DNA from: a virus
Reading direction: 5' to 3' (one strand)
DNA length: 16,178 bases
Virus genome (UHGV): UHGV-1561483
A program made the position numbers and the translations under genes. This document shows, piece by piece, positions 1-7,606 of the stretch (the first letter of the stretch is position 1; each line of letters begins with the position of its first letter). Below the pieces are notes generated by a model. The model saw only the letters and a list, made by a program, of their open reading frames with translations. It searched no databases and was not told where the DNA came from.

Positions 1-78
1 ATGATTCAATATTATCACCCGATGTTTACTTATAATCTGGTGAACAACATTATTGATATTATTCAAAGGAGTATGTAA
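1..78 (+). CDS. 3' end of a hypothetical protein (gene starts upstream of window)
   Basis: Open frame from position 1 to TAA at 76-78; its stop overlaps the next ATG (TAATG), suggesting translational coupling. Only 25 codons visible. Confidence 0.3.
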   Translation: MIQYYHPMFTYNLVNNIIDIIQRSM

Positions 79-263
79 TGACAAGTGAGCAGGCTTTTAA
101 ATTAAGAGAATTAATTGAGATGTATAGTAAAGCTGTTCATACATCAACAGTTATTGATGAATCAGTTTTCTCTGGATATGCTAACAAGATTAAATACAAA
201 ACTCTTATGGAAGAAGCTAAAGTAAATCTTGATTCTTATATTGAAACTTTAATTGGTGAATAA
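78..263 (+). CDS. hypothetical small protein (61 aa)
   Basis: ATG at 78 preceded by AGGAG (67-71); compact same-strand operon context. Confidence 0.55.
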   Translation: MTSEQAFKLRELIEMYSKAVHTSTVIDESVFSGYANKIKYKTLMEEAKVNLDSYIETLIGE

Positions 264-264
264 C

Positions 265-531
265 ATGGGCTTTCCTAAATTAGAAGTAGGCGATTTAGTC
301 TTAACAAAATTGTGGAATGATGCTCAATCAGTAGAAATCTGTCAATATCGTGGAGCAACAGGTAACTTGATGTATACGATTTATAACCCAGAAATTTTGT
401 TAGAGTGTCATTTGGAACGCTTTATAAAAGACACCGATAGTATGCCTTATAGTGTATCGATTGTGCGTAAATCTGATACAAAGGAATACTCTAAAATTTT
501 AAAACAAATTCATGCCAATAAAAAGGATTAA
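265..531 (+). CDS. hypothetical protein (88 aa)
   Basis: ORF-track start at 253 is TTG inside the previous gene; first ATG at 265 chosen. Stop at 529-531 lies 1 nt before the next ATG. Confidence 0.5.
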   Translation: MGFPKLEVGDLVLTKLWNDAQSVEICQYRGATGNLMYTIYNPEILLECHLERFIKDTDSMPYSVSIVRKSDTKEYSKILKQIHANKKD

Positions 532-532
532 T

Positions 533-1075
533 ATGAAACGATTAGTATTAGAAGTTAGTCCGCTTTTTGGTGAATTGGCTATAGAAAAAGTAAATAACAT
601 GTATCGTTTGACGCAAGAAGACGATATGCTGTATTTTACGCCTAGTGAAATCATTCATTTAACCCAAATTGAATATCCTTATACTGATAAAATAGTAAGC
701 ATCAATGATGAGCACAAAATTCATTTTTATTCTTCATGCCCAGGATTTAATATTAAAAGTGAGTCAATGTGTTTATCAGTTATTCATTGGGATAGTTTTA
801 TAGCTAAGATTAAATATTTTTATTATTCTAATGAAAGAAAACATAGTTTAAAATGGTTTAAAAATTGCAATGCTATTATTACTAACGCTTGCGATCAGTG
901 TGGTCAGAATGATGAAACTGTTTTAAACGTATCAAAATGTTATGAAGAGGGAGATGTCTTAACTATTCGCCAAATTGACGATTTTCGATCACATATTGTC
1001 ACATTTACCAAAGACGAAGCTATTGCGCTAAAGACTTATCTTGATTCTGTCATTCCAACTATGATTTCAAAGTGA
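533..1075 (+). CDS. hypothetical protein, member A of a tandem paralog pair (180 aa)
   Basis: AAGGA (523-527) then ATG 533. C-terminus ...DEAIALKTYLDSVIPTMISK is shared with the next gene; several Cys pairs (CPG..., CDQCG) present. Confidence 0.6.
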   Translation: MKRLVLEVSPLFGELAIEKVNNMYRLTQEDDMLYFTPSEIIHLTQIEYPYTDKIVSINDEHKIHFYSSCPGFNIKSESMCLSVIHWDSFIAKIKYFYYSNERKHSLKWFKNCNAIITNACDQCGQNDETVLNVSKCYEEGDVLTIRQIDDFRSHIVTFTKDEAIALKTYLDSVIPTMISK

Positions 1076-1081
1076 GGAAAT

Positions 1082-1603
1082 ATGTTTATTTCAAGTGAAA
1101 GCGGTTTAATTCGTGTTGAATTTAAAAATGACATCTTTCTTATTCAAGGAGATGATATTATTAAAATGAGTTATGACGAAATCAAGAAAATTTGTAATGC
1201 TCTTGAAAATCATGGAAAGGTGAATGCTGTCATTGATATTGGCGATTTATGGGTGACACTTTATGAAGTATCCGAAGGATTTAACATTGAAGATGAAAAC
1301 AACATCTTAGCTATTGATAAAAGAAGCGATTTGTTTGATGTGTTAAAAGTTTATGAACAGTCAAACGGTGGAAGAAAAGCTGCATTGATTTATCAAAAAC
1401 CACATTCATGCGGAACTGCTTCAATCATTTCCAATATTGAAGGCGAAGTTGATACTTATATGTGTGTTTTAAAAGCTGGTGGTGACCGTCATCCGGATTT
1501 TATTTCTATTCGTCAAAACAATGGAGAAATTTCATTATCAAAATCAGAAGCTGAGGCTATGATTAAGTATTTAACAACCGTTACACCTTCAATGAAAGGA
1601 TAA
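1082..1603 (+). CDS. hypothetical protein, member B of a tandem paralog pair (173 aa)
   Basis: GAGGAAA (1074-1080) then ATG 1082. C-terminus ...SEAEAMIKYLTTVTPSMKG matches the C-terminus of the preceding gene. Confidence 0.65.
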   Translation: MFISSESGLIRVEFKNDIFLIQGDDIIKMSYDEIKKICNALENHGKVNAVIDIGDLWVTLYEVSEGFNIEDENNILAIDKRSDLFDVLKVYEQSNGGRKAALIYQKPHSCGTASIISNIEGEVDTYMCVLKAGGDRHPDFISIRQNNGEISLSKSEAEAMIKYLTTVTPSMKG

Positions 1604-1605
1604 TT

Positions 1606-2067
1606 ATGATTATTAATGAAAACTCTTGGCACTATAAATTATTCAAATTGTTTAACGATGAATGGCAACGACCTAAGACACTATGCGCATATTTTTGGTC
1701 TATTGCCATTCCTACATTTTTCGTTTCTATTTTTGGATGTGCTATACTCGTAGGGCTAACAATTATTTGTGCAGAAAGCCTACAACGTTGGCTTATTTTT
1801 GGTAGTTTATGGACTTTGCTTCCATCAGCATTTATACTTGCGATTTTGGTTGTTTTACTTATTATCGGTTCATTTGTTATTCCTGCACATTTGTGTGAAA
1901 AATATAAAGATTATAAATGGAAAAAGGATTATGCTTTACACGTAGAAAATATTGATAGGGCGTATAAAGGTTTACCTCCTATTCAACCCAAGAAATCGAT
2001 TATCGTTGAATTTTTAAAAGCTCGTAAAGCTAAAGTATGTCCTGTTATTGAATATAAGGCTGAATGA
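1606..2067 (+). CDS. predicted small membrane protein (153 aa, 2-3 hydrophobic helices)
   Basis: AAAGGA (1594-1599) then ATG 1606; long hydrophobic stretches (FWSIAIPTFFVSIFGCAILVGLTIICA, LLPSAFILAILVVLLIIGSFVIP). Confidence 0.6.
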   Translation: MIINENSWHYKLFKLFNDEWQRPKTLCAYFWSIAIPTFFVSIFGCAILVGLTIICAESLQRWLIFGSLWTLLPSAFILAILVVLLIIGSFVIPAHLCEKYKDYKWKKDYALHVENIDRAYKGLPPIQPKKSIIVEFLKARKAKVCPVIEYKAE

Positions 2068-3077
2068 TGAAAACAGTAATGAAAAGCTATTTTGGTAGTC
2101 ATCTTTATGGAACTTCTACCCCAGAATCTGATGTAGATTTTAAAGAAATCTTTGTTCCTCCTGCTCGCGATATTCTTATCGGAAATGTCAAAGAGCATAT
2201 GAGTAAAAACACTAACAACACATCATCTAAAAACACTAAAGATGATATTGACCATGAACTATACAGTCTTAAGTATTTCTTTAAATTAGCAGCAGATGGT
2301 GAAACCGTAGCATTGGATATGCTCCACACTCCACCTGAGCTAGTGGTTAAATCTGATTTACCTGATGTATGGAAATTTATCCAAGACAATCGTTCACGGT
2401 TTTATACAACTAACATGAAATCCTATTTAGGATATGTCCGCAAGCAAGCTTCTAAATACGGTGTCAAGGGTTCTCGTTTGGCCGCATTACGTGATGTATT
2501 GAAAGTAGTTAATCAAATCCCTGAGCAGTGGGTTGATTATCAAGAAGGAATTCCAGATCGTCTCCGACGTACGAAGGTAGAAGATATTAAACATCGTCTT
2601 CCAGAAAACGAGTTCTGTGAATGGGTGTTCCATAATCATGAGAAAACAGGCCCGCAAACGTTCTATACTGTGTTGGGTCGTAAATATCAGACAACGCTTT
2701 CTCTTATTGAGCTTAAGCAGTCTTTGAATAAACTTGATGCTGAATACGGCGAACGTGCTCGTAAAGCTGAAGCGAATGAGGGTATTGACTGGAAAGCTCT
2801 GAGTCATGCTTGTCGTGGTGGACTCCAATTGTTGGAAATTTACAAAACTGGTGACTTAGTTTATCCACTCCAAGATGCTCCATTTATTCTCGACGTGAAG
2901 CTGGGTAAGCATCCATTTAAAACAGTTCAAGAGTTTTTGGAAGATGTGGTCGATCAAGTAGAAGCAGCATCAATTGAAGCTTCTAAGAACGGTATGCAAC
3001 AAAAAGTAGACATGGGTTTCTGGGATGACTTCCTTGAGAGGGTGTATCTCGAAAACCATCGAAGTTATTATAAATGA
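2064..3077 (+). CDS. nucleotidyltransferase-fold protein (337 aa)
   Basis: N-terminal motif GSHLYGTSTPESDVDF (G-S-x10-D-x-D, nt about 2094-2141) typical of pol-beta-type/minimal nucleotidyltransferases, with a downstream acidic ALDMLH that could supply the third carboxylate. ATGATG start overlaps the upstream stop; followed by an intrinsic terminator. Confidence 0.6.
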   Translation: MMKTVMKSYFGSHLYGTSTPESDVDFKEIFVPPARDILIGNVKEHMSKNTNNTSSKNTKDDIDHELYSLKYFFKLAADGETVALDMLHTPPELVVKSDLPDVWKFIQDNRSRFYTTNMKSYLGYVRKQASKYGVKGSRLAALRDVLKVVNQIPEQWVDYQEGIPDRLRRTKVEDIKHRLPENEFCEWVFHNHEKTGPQTFYTVLGRKYQTTLSLIELKQSLNKLDAEYGERARKAEANEGIDWKALSHACRGGLQLLEIYKTGDLVYPLQDAPFILDVKLGKHPFKTVQEFLEDVVDQVEAASIEASKNGMQQKVDMGFWDDFLERVYLENHRSYYK

Positions 3078-3079
3078 TA

Positions 3080-3106
3080 GGGAGCCTTCGGGCTCCCTTT
3101 TTTTAT
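3080..3106 (+). terminator. Rho-independent terminator (GGGAGCC-TTCG-GGCTCCC + T7)
   Basis: Perfect 7-bp GC-rich stem with a UUCG tetraloop (3080-3097) followed directly by TTTTTTT (3098-3104). Confidence 0.85.
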
Positions 3107-3129
3107 TTCAAAAATTTTTTCACAAAACG

Positions 3130-3159
3130 GTTTACAAGCATAAAGCTTTATGGTACTAT
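3130..3159 (+). promoter_or_regulatory. T4-early-type sigma70 promoter (GTTTAC -35, 18-bp spacer, TGG-TACTAT -10)
   Basis: GTTTAC at 3130-3135, TACTAT at 3154-3159, A/T-rich upstream; same architecture as the 4568 and 15390 promoters. Confidence 0.65.
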
Positions 3160-3172
3160 ACAACTATCAACT
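3151..3172 (+). repeat. 22-bp exact direct repeat, copy 1 (TGGTACTATACAACTATCAACT)
   Basis: Identical 22-mer recurs at 4589-4610; covers the -10 and the start of the 5' UTR of two promoters. Confidence 0.9.
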
Positions 3173-3193
3173 GATACGGATTTGGAGAATAAA

Positions 3194-4162
3194 ATGAAAA
3201 CTGTAACTATCAATAAGGGTATCTACTTCGGTAAAGAAATCTCTGGAACTTTTGAGCTCTTAGGCGAATGGTTCCCAGATAATGCTCCGGTAGATGCACA
3301 AGGAGATGGTAAAGTTTTTGTTGAAATTGACGGTAAACGTCGCGGTGTTTGGGTTTACAAATCAGATATTTCATATGATGGTGTAAAAGTTGAAGAAGTT
3401 AAAGAATCGTATGAAGATATGAAAACCCGCATTAATAAAAGATTTAATGTTATGGGAATGATGACGAATGGTATTATTAATGGAAATATTCGTTCATTAA
3501 TTATCTCTGGCGCAGCAGGTATTGGTAAAACGTATTCTTTAGATAAAGCTTTAAATAAAGCAAATGATATTGGATACATTGAATATAAAAGCATTAATGG
3601 TAAAATCTCTGGTATTGGTCTTTATGAGCAGCTTTGGAATAATCGTGAAGAGAATTCTGTCCTTTTGATTGATGATGTGGATGTTTTCTCTGATATGGAC
3701 ATTCTTAATCTTCTAAAAGCTGCTCTGGACACTGGAGAGACCCGTAAAGTCTGCTGGAGCACTGCGTCTTCTTACTTAGAAGAAAAAGGCATTGAGCGTG
3801 AGTTTGAATTTAAAGGAACGATTGTTTTTATCACAAACGTTGACATTGACCGTGAATTAGACCGTGGTACTAAACTTGCTCCACACTTACAAGCATTAGT
3901 GTCCCGCTCGGTTTATTTAGATTTGGGCGTTCACACTAATGAAGAAATTATGGTCAGGGTTGAAGATGTTATTCTTTCAACTGACATGATGCAAAAGCGC
4001 GGTCTTTCTGATGAAGAAACTTATAAAGCATTATCATGGATGAAAGTTAATGTTAATCGTTTACGCAATGTTTCACTGCGTACTGCTCTTTATCTTGCTG
4101 ACTTTATTATGACCGACAAAAACGGTTGGGAAGAAATTGCTGAGGTTACTCTTCTGAAATAA
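3194..4162 (+). CDS. AAA+ ATPase-domain protein (322 aa)
   Basis: Walker A GAAGIGKT (nt 3509-3532), Walker B VLLIDDVDV (about 3661-3687), candidate sensor-1 IVFITN. ORF-track start at 3074 runs through the terminator and promoter, so the start was moved to ATG 3194 after GGAG. Confidence 0.7.
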   Translation: MKTVTINKGIYFGKEISGTFELLGEWFPDNAPVDAQGDGKVFVEIDGKRRGVWVYKSDISYDGVKVEEVKESYEDMKTRINKRFNVMGMMTNGIINGNIRSLIISGAAGIGKTYSLDKALNKANDIGYIEYKSINGKISGIGLYEQLWNNREENSVLLIDDVDVFSDMDILNLLKAALDTGETRKVCWSTASSYLEEKGIEREFEFKGTIVFITNVDIDRELDRGTKLAPHLQALVSRSVYLDLGVHTNEEIMVRVEDVILSTDMMQKRGLSDEETYKALSWMKVNVNRLRNVSLRTALYLADFIMTDKNGWEEIAEVTLLK

Positions 4163-4259
4163 TTCATAAGAGGACTTCTATGACAAAAGGCAGTTCAGAA
4201 ATAGATTATATGGACTGCCATTAAAAAGATGACTAGAATTAAACTGGTGAATGGAGGTA

Positions 4260-4565
4260 ATGATGTTATACTCAAAGGCTCGTGAAATTTACGAAACTAA
4301 AATTAAAGAAGCAGTATTTCAGTTCGCAACAACGATGCGATGGACAAATGATTGGGAGTATTCAAAAAATCATAAGAAGCCCATGGTGACAAGAAAGGCT
4401 CATATGTTAGTGTTAATAGACCGTGAGCAGATTAAAGCCCGAGAAGCCCTCCAGAATCATAAAAAGGCTGCCTTTGAATGGTTTATGGATAACACTGCTC
4501 CTGAGACTAAGAAAGCAGTGAGCGCATGGTTCAGTGGAAAAAATTGCGAAAGAAGTTTCTTTTAG
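4260..4565 (+). CDS. hypothetical protein (about 101 aa)
   Basis: GGAGG at 4253-4257; in-frame ATGs at 4251, 4260 and 4263, start ambiguous (4263 has the best spacing). Confidence 0.5.
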   Translation: MMLYSKAREIYETKIKEAVFQFATTMRWTNDWEYSKNHKKPMVTRKAHMLVLIDREQIKAREALQNHKKAAFEWFMDNTAPETKKAVSAWFSGKNCERSFF

Positions 4566-4567
4566 TG

Positions 4568-4597
4568 GTTTACAAGACTGTTCCTCTGTGGTACTAT
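4568..4597 (+). promoter_or_regulatory. T4-early-type sigma70 promoter
   Basis: GTTTAC 4568-4573, 18-bp spacer, TACTAT 4592-4597; near-identical to the promoter at 3130-3159. Confidence 0.65.
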
Positions 4598-4610
4598 ACA
4601 ACTATCAACT
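4589..4610 (+). repeat. 22-bp exact direct repeat, copy 2 (TGGTACTATACAACTATCAACT)
   Basis: Identical to 3151-3172; embedded in the promoter upstream of the 4626 gene. Confidence 0.9.
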
Positions 4611-4625
4611 ACGGAGGAACAGAAA

Positions 4626-5153
4626 ATGAACGCTAAAGATATTTTCAACTTGGTAAATTACAACGATGGTAAATTTAAATCTGAAGCACAAAGCAAGTTC
4701 TTTAACGACATCTCAATCGGAGGTGAAATTACTGTTGATGGAGGACAAATTTACAAATCCCGTTGGAATTGGATCGTTATTATTGATGAGATTGGTATTG
4801 TAGAAATTTACAAGAATACGAATAAAAATCGTGCATTACACTGGTCTCGTGATACTAACGAACAGTACAAAAAGGATAAAGCATCTAAATTATCTCGTGT
4901 AACTCAAGAAGATATTGAGTTCATCAAGAAAGATATTTTGATGTATGATAACTTAATTGCTGAAGAGCAAGCTGTTATTGATAAATTTGATGAGATTAAA
5001 GCTTCTCGTGAAATTCCTGATTTTATGAAAGAATCAGTAAATGAACGATACTCTCTCATTTCAGAGCGTATTGAAACTTACAAAAAGCAAAGAGCTGAAC
5101 GCCAAAATACTCTTCGGAAGTTTGAAGAACGGTTAAAGACGGTACTCGCATAA
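4626..5153 (+). CDS. hypothetical protein with charged helical C-terminus (175 aa)
   Basis: GGAGG (4613-4617) then ATG 4626; C-terminal third is rich in E/K/R and looks heptad-like. Confidence 0.65.
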   Translation: MNAKDIFNLVNYNDGKFKSEAQSKFFNDISIGGEITVDGGQIYKSRWNWIVIIDEIGIVEIYKNTNKNRALHWSRDTNEQYKKDKASKLSRVTQEDIEFIKKDILMYDNLIAEEQAVIDKFDEIKASREIPDFMKESVNERYSLISERIETYKKQRAERQNTLRKFEERLKTVLA

Positions 5154-5155
5154 CC

Positions 5156-5179
5156 GCTTTATACCAAGGATGGTATAAT
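5156..5179 (+). promoter_or_regulatory. candidate promoter, MotA-box-like GCTTTA + 12 bp + TATAAT (T4 middle-type), overlapped by an inverted repeat
   Basis: GCTTTA 5156-5161, TATAAT 5174-5179; inverted repeat ATACCA-AGGA-TGGTAT at 5161-5176. Confidence 0.45.
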
Positions 5180-5208
5180 GGTTCTAAGCCCTTTTAATTG
5201 AGATTATT

Positions 5209-5613
5209 ATGAAACAGTTGATAATTAAAAGATTGAATTTATTGATATGTTGTTTATGTATAGTAATTGCATATGGTTATTACGCAATTAATGATTATAT
5301 GCATTATAAAGATTATGATGTTACTGTAGTTAATACCATTACAGGAACACAAGGAAAGGGGTCTAGTTTATCGTTTATTGCTGTATATGAACTCAAAGAC
5401 GGTTATAGATTTAGCGAATATATTTCACCAGAGATGTATTCATCAATAGAAAAAGGCGATAATATTACTGTAAGTTTACGTCCTTTCGACGTAAAACAGA
5501 CATTGTTTGATAATATTGTTTGGTTCTTTGGAATGGTATTAGTTCAATCTGTGTGTGGTGCTTATATAGTCTTTTCCATCATATTCTGCGTATTTAGTAA
5601 AATTGAAAATTGA
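5209..5613 (+). CDS. predicted small membrane protein (134 aa)
   Basis: Hydrophobic segments at both ends (LNLLICCLCIVIAYGYYAI; IVWFFGMVLVQSVCGAYIVFSIIFCVF). Confidence 0.55.
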   Translation: MKQLIIKRLNLLICCLCIVIAYGYYAINDYMHYKDYDVTVVNTITGTQGKGSSLSFIAVYELKDGYRFSEYISPEMYSSIEKGDNITVSLRPFDVKQTLFDNIVWFFGMVLVQSVCGAYIVFSIIFCVFSKIEN

Positions 5614-5624
5614 GTGAGGAAAAT

Positions 5625-6512
5625 ATGTCAGTAGTAATTAATAATGTCAATGCAGTAATTAAATCTTTAGTTAATAAAAAATTGAATGAATGGACTGTAC
5701 TTCGTCGTGGAGAGCCAGATAAATTTTTTCATAGATTTAACCCAACTTTGGATTTGAATGTTATTGACAGAGATGTTCATGCTGAAATTTTAGATAAATT
5801 TAAAGTTGATATTGGGTTTGGATTAGATAAACATTTACAACGAACAAACGGGTCTGGAATGGGTTTATCTAATCGCATCATGAAAGCCCTTAATAAAATT
5901 GGAGCGTTGTCTCGTATTAATGCGAGTGAAATCCTTCGTAATTATAATAAAGGATATGACCTTTATGGTCGACTAATGCCAAAATTATCATTTGACCAAA
6001 TGATCGCAGATTTGTGGGAAAATCAACGACGATTATTAGCATTGGGAGCTCGATTAGCTAAAGGTCTAGATAAACAAATGATTTTTAAGACCAATAATAC
6101 AGAAGACCTTAAATGCTTTAAATTTAGTATTCGTGGCGATGATTATTACATCAGAGCTCGCTCCACAGATTATGTCAATATGGGCCATCATCTCTGTTTA
6201 GCTTTTGAAGTTTTAAAAGAAGCTGGAACATTAGAATATACGTCTGGTACTAAATGCCCGATTGGTTCAAATTGTATTTTGATTTATCGCCCGGATGAAT
6301 CCAGTTCAACTAAATTGCCTACGAAACCTGTACCAGTTCGTAGTAATGAAAAACATTCTGAACAAATTGATTATTTTAATAAGCAAATTGAAGAGCTGAA
6401 TATTTCTATTCAACAGTATGACGATGAAATTTTCAGACTATCTGGATTGAGTAGTAAAGCTAAATCTGAGCGTGAAAAGTTAATTAAAATTGTTGATTTA
6501 CTTAAATCTTAA
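5625..6512 (+). CDS. hypothetical protein, paralog family member 1 (295 aa; globular domain + Pro-rich linker + C-terminal coiled coil)
   Basis: ORF-track start 5610 is TTG; ATG 5625 follows GAGG. Internal motif LLALGARLAKGLD, linker PTKPVPV, heptad-like tail. Confidence 0.6.
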   Translation: MSVVINNVNAVIKSLVNKKLNEWTVLRRGEPDKFFHRFNPTLDLNVIDRDVHAEILDKFKVDIGFGLDKHLQRTNGSGMGLSNRIMKALNKIGALSRINASEILRNYNKGYDLYGRLMPKLSFDQMIADLWENQRRLLALGARLAKGLDKQMIFKTNNTEDLKCFKFSIRGDDYYIRARSTDYVNMGHHLCLAFEVLKEAGTLEYTSGTKCPIGSNCILIYRPDESSSTKLPTKPVPVRSNEKHSEQIDYFNKQIEELNISIQQYDDEIFRLSGLSSKAKSEREKLIKIVDLLKS

Positions 6513-6520
6513 GGAACACC

Positions 6521-7549
6521 ATGAAAACTCGTTCTCAAATTGAAGATATGGTTCGTAATGCCAGCTATACCCGTAATGTTATGACATTTTTGTGTGAAAA
6601 TAATTTAGACCCTGATAAAGTTAATCGTGTTATTCATCACTTTAAGTATACGAATAGCAGTGAATGGGTGCGTAATTTTAGTAAAGCGGGGTATATTACA
6701 CAAATGACTGCTCGTGAGCAGCTCACCGATTTCTGTAAAACTATTGATTATAAAAATCCTCTATTTGTTCAAGGCGTTGGTCAGAGTAAGGTCGATTTAT
6801 CAACAGGATTTTTTAATCCAAATCATTATCGTCTTGAATGGAGATTTATTGCTCTATTCCGTAAACAATTAAAGCAAATTTTGTCGACGGCTAGTCGATT
6901 AAAAGGTTCTGATATTAACTTAAAGAATCTGAAATTTGATGGTTATACTCTTCAGATGGAAGTAAGACCATTAAAAGAAAATAACAGAACTGCACGAATT
7001 AGCTTTAAGCCTAATACTAAAAATTCTCTTTCAATTTGTGAATGCCTTAAATCACAGTTGACAGAAGCATTTAAGTATATGGATGTTGTTGCTGCTGTTC
7101 AGTCTAAGATTTTACCTCGTTTTGAGCGAAATTGGGAACATACAACAACGTATGAACTTGATATGATCGTTTCATTTAAATATGAATTTTTGAGAAAGGA
7201 CGAAGTTACACAAGAGAAAAAGCAAGAAGTGCAAGATAACTTAAATTTAAATTTATCCAATTACTCATCAAACGATCCTAAATTTTGGATGTATAGTTCA
7301 GGTAATAAGGATGCATGGAAATTCAATAAAGTGAATTTTCTTCCTGTTGAAAATCCGAGTCTTAAACCTGTTGAAAAATGGCATGCAGATGCGATTGAGA
7401 AGTCTATCAAGGCAGTAGATGATGAACTCGTTAAAGCAACTAATGAAGTGCTAGAAGCTGAAAAGATGCTAGAAAAAGCTCAAGAAAAAGTCAAAAATCT
7501 CACGAAGCAACGTTCTAAACTGAACAATGCACTAAATGCACTGAACTAG
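6521..7549 (+). CDS. hypothetical protein, paralog family member 2 (342 aa)
   Basis: AAGGA (6511-6515) then ATG 6521. N-terminus MKTR..., internal motif LFRKQLKQILSTASRLKGSD, linker PVENPSLKPVEK, heptad-like C-terminal helix. Confidence 0.7.
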   Translation: MKTRSQIEDMVRNASYTRNVMTFLCENNLDPDKVNRVIHHFKYTNSSEWVRNFSKAGYITQMTAREQLTDFCKTIDYKNPLFVQGVGQSKVDLSTGFFNPNHYRLEWRFIALFRKQLKQILSTASRLKGSDINLKNLKFDGYTLQMEVRPLKENNRTARISFKPNTKNSLSICECLKSQLTEAFKYMDVVAAVQSKILPRFERNWEHTTTYELDMIVSFKYEFLRKDEVTQEKKQEVQDNLNLNLSNYSSNDPKFWMYSSGNKDAWKFNKVNFLPVENPSLKPVEKWHADAIEKSIKAVDDELVKATNEVLEAEKMLEKAQEKVKNLTKQRSKLNNALNALN

Positions 7550-7578
7550 TTTACTTTACCACAGGGATGTGGTATAAT
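7549..7578 (+). promoter_or_regulatory. candidate promoter (GTTTAC -35, 18-bp spacer, TGGTATAAT extended -10), overlapped by an inverted repeat
   Basis: GTTTAC 7549-7554, TATAAT 7573-7578; inverted repeat ACCACA-GGGA-TGTGGT at 7558-7573. Confidence 0.55.
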
Positions 7579-7606
7579 GTTCTTACTTTCTACTGAGGAG
7601 ATTAAT

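Noticed and set aside
3074-3193. ORF-track N-terminal extension of the ATPase gene starting at 3074
   Set aside because: It would translate through a strong intrinsic terminator and the downstream promoter; the ATG at 3194 with a GGAG RBS is the credible start.
4181-4225. 14-codon mini-ORF with AAGAGGA RBS and a 6-bp inverted repeat (GGCAGT...ACTGCC) in the 4163-4250 spacer
   Set aside because: Too short to support as a gene; the inverted repeat has a 20-nt loop and no T-tract, so it is not a convincing terminator.
1983-4601. Minus-strand ORFs 1983-2198, 2105-2389, 2487-2828, 3355-3594, 4413-4601
   Set aside because: Each is fully embedded antisense in a better-supported + strand gene, lacks a Shine-Dalgarno and has low-complexity composition; expected by chance in AT-rich sequence.
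7577-7606. ORF-track start of paralog 3 at 7577
   Set aside because: This ATG lies inside the TATAAT -10 of the promoter, upstream of the likely transcription start; ATG 7607 follows GAGGAG.
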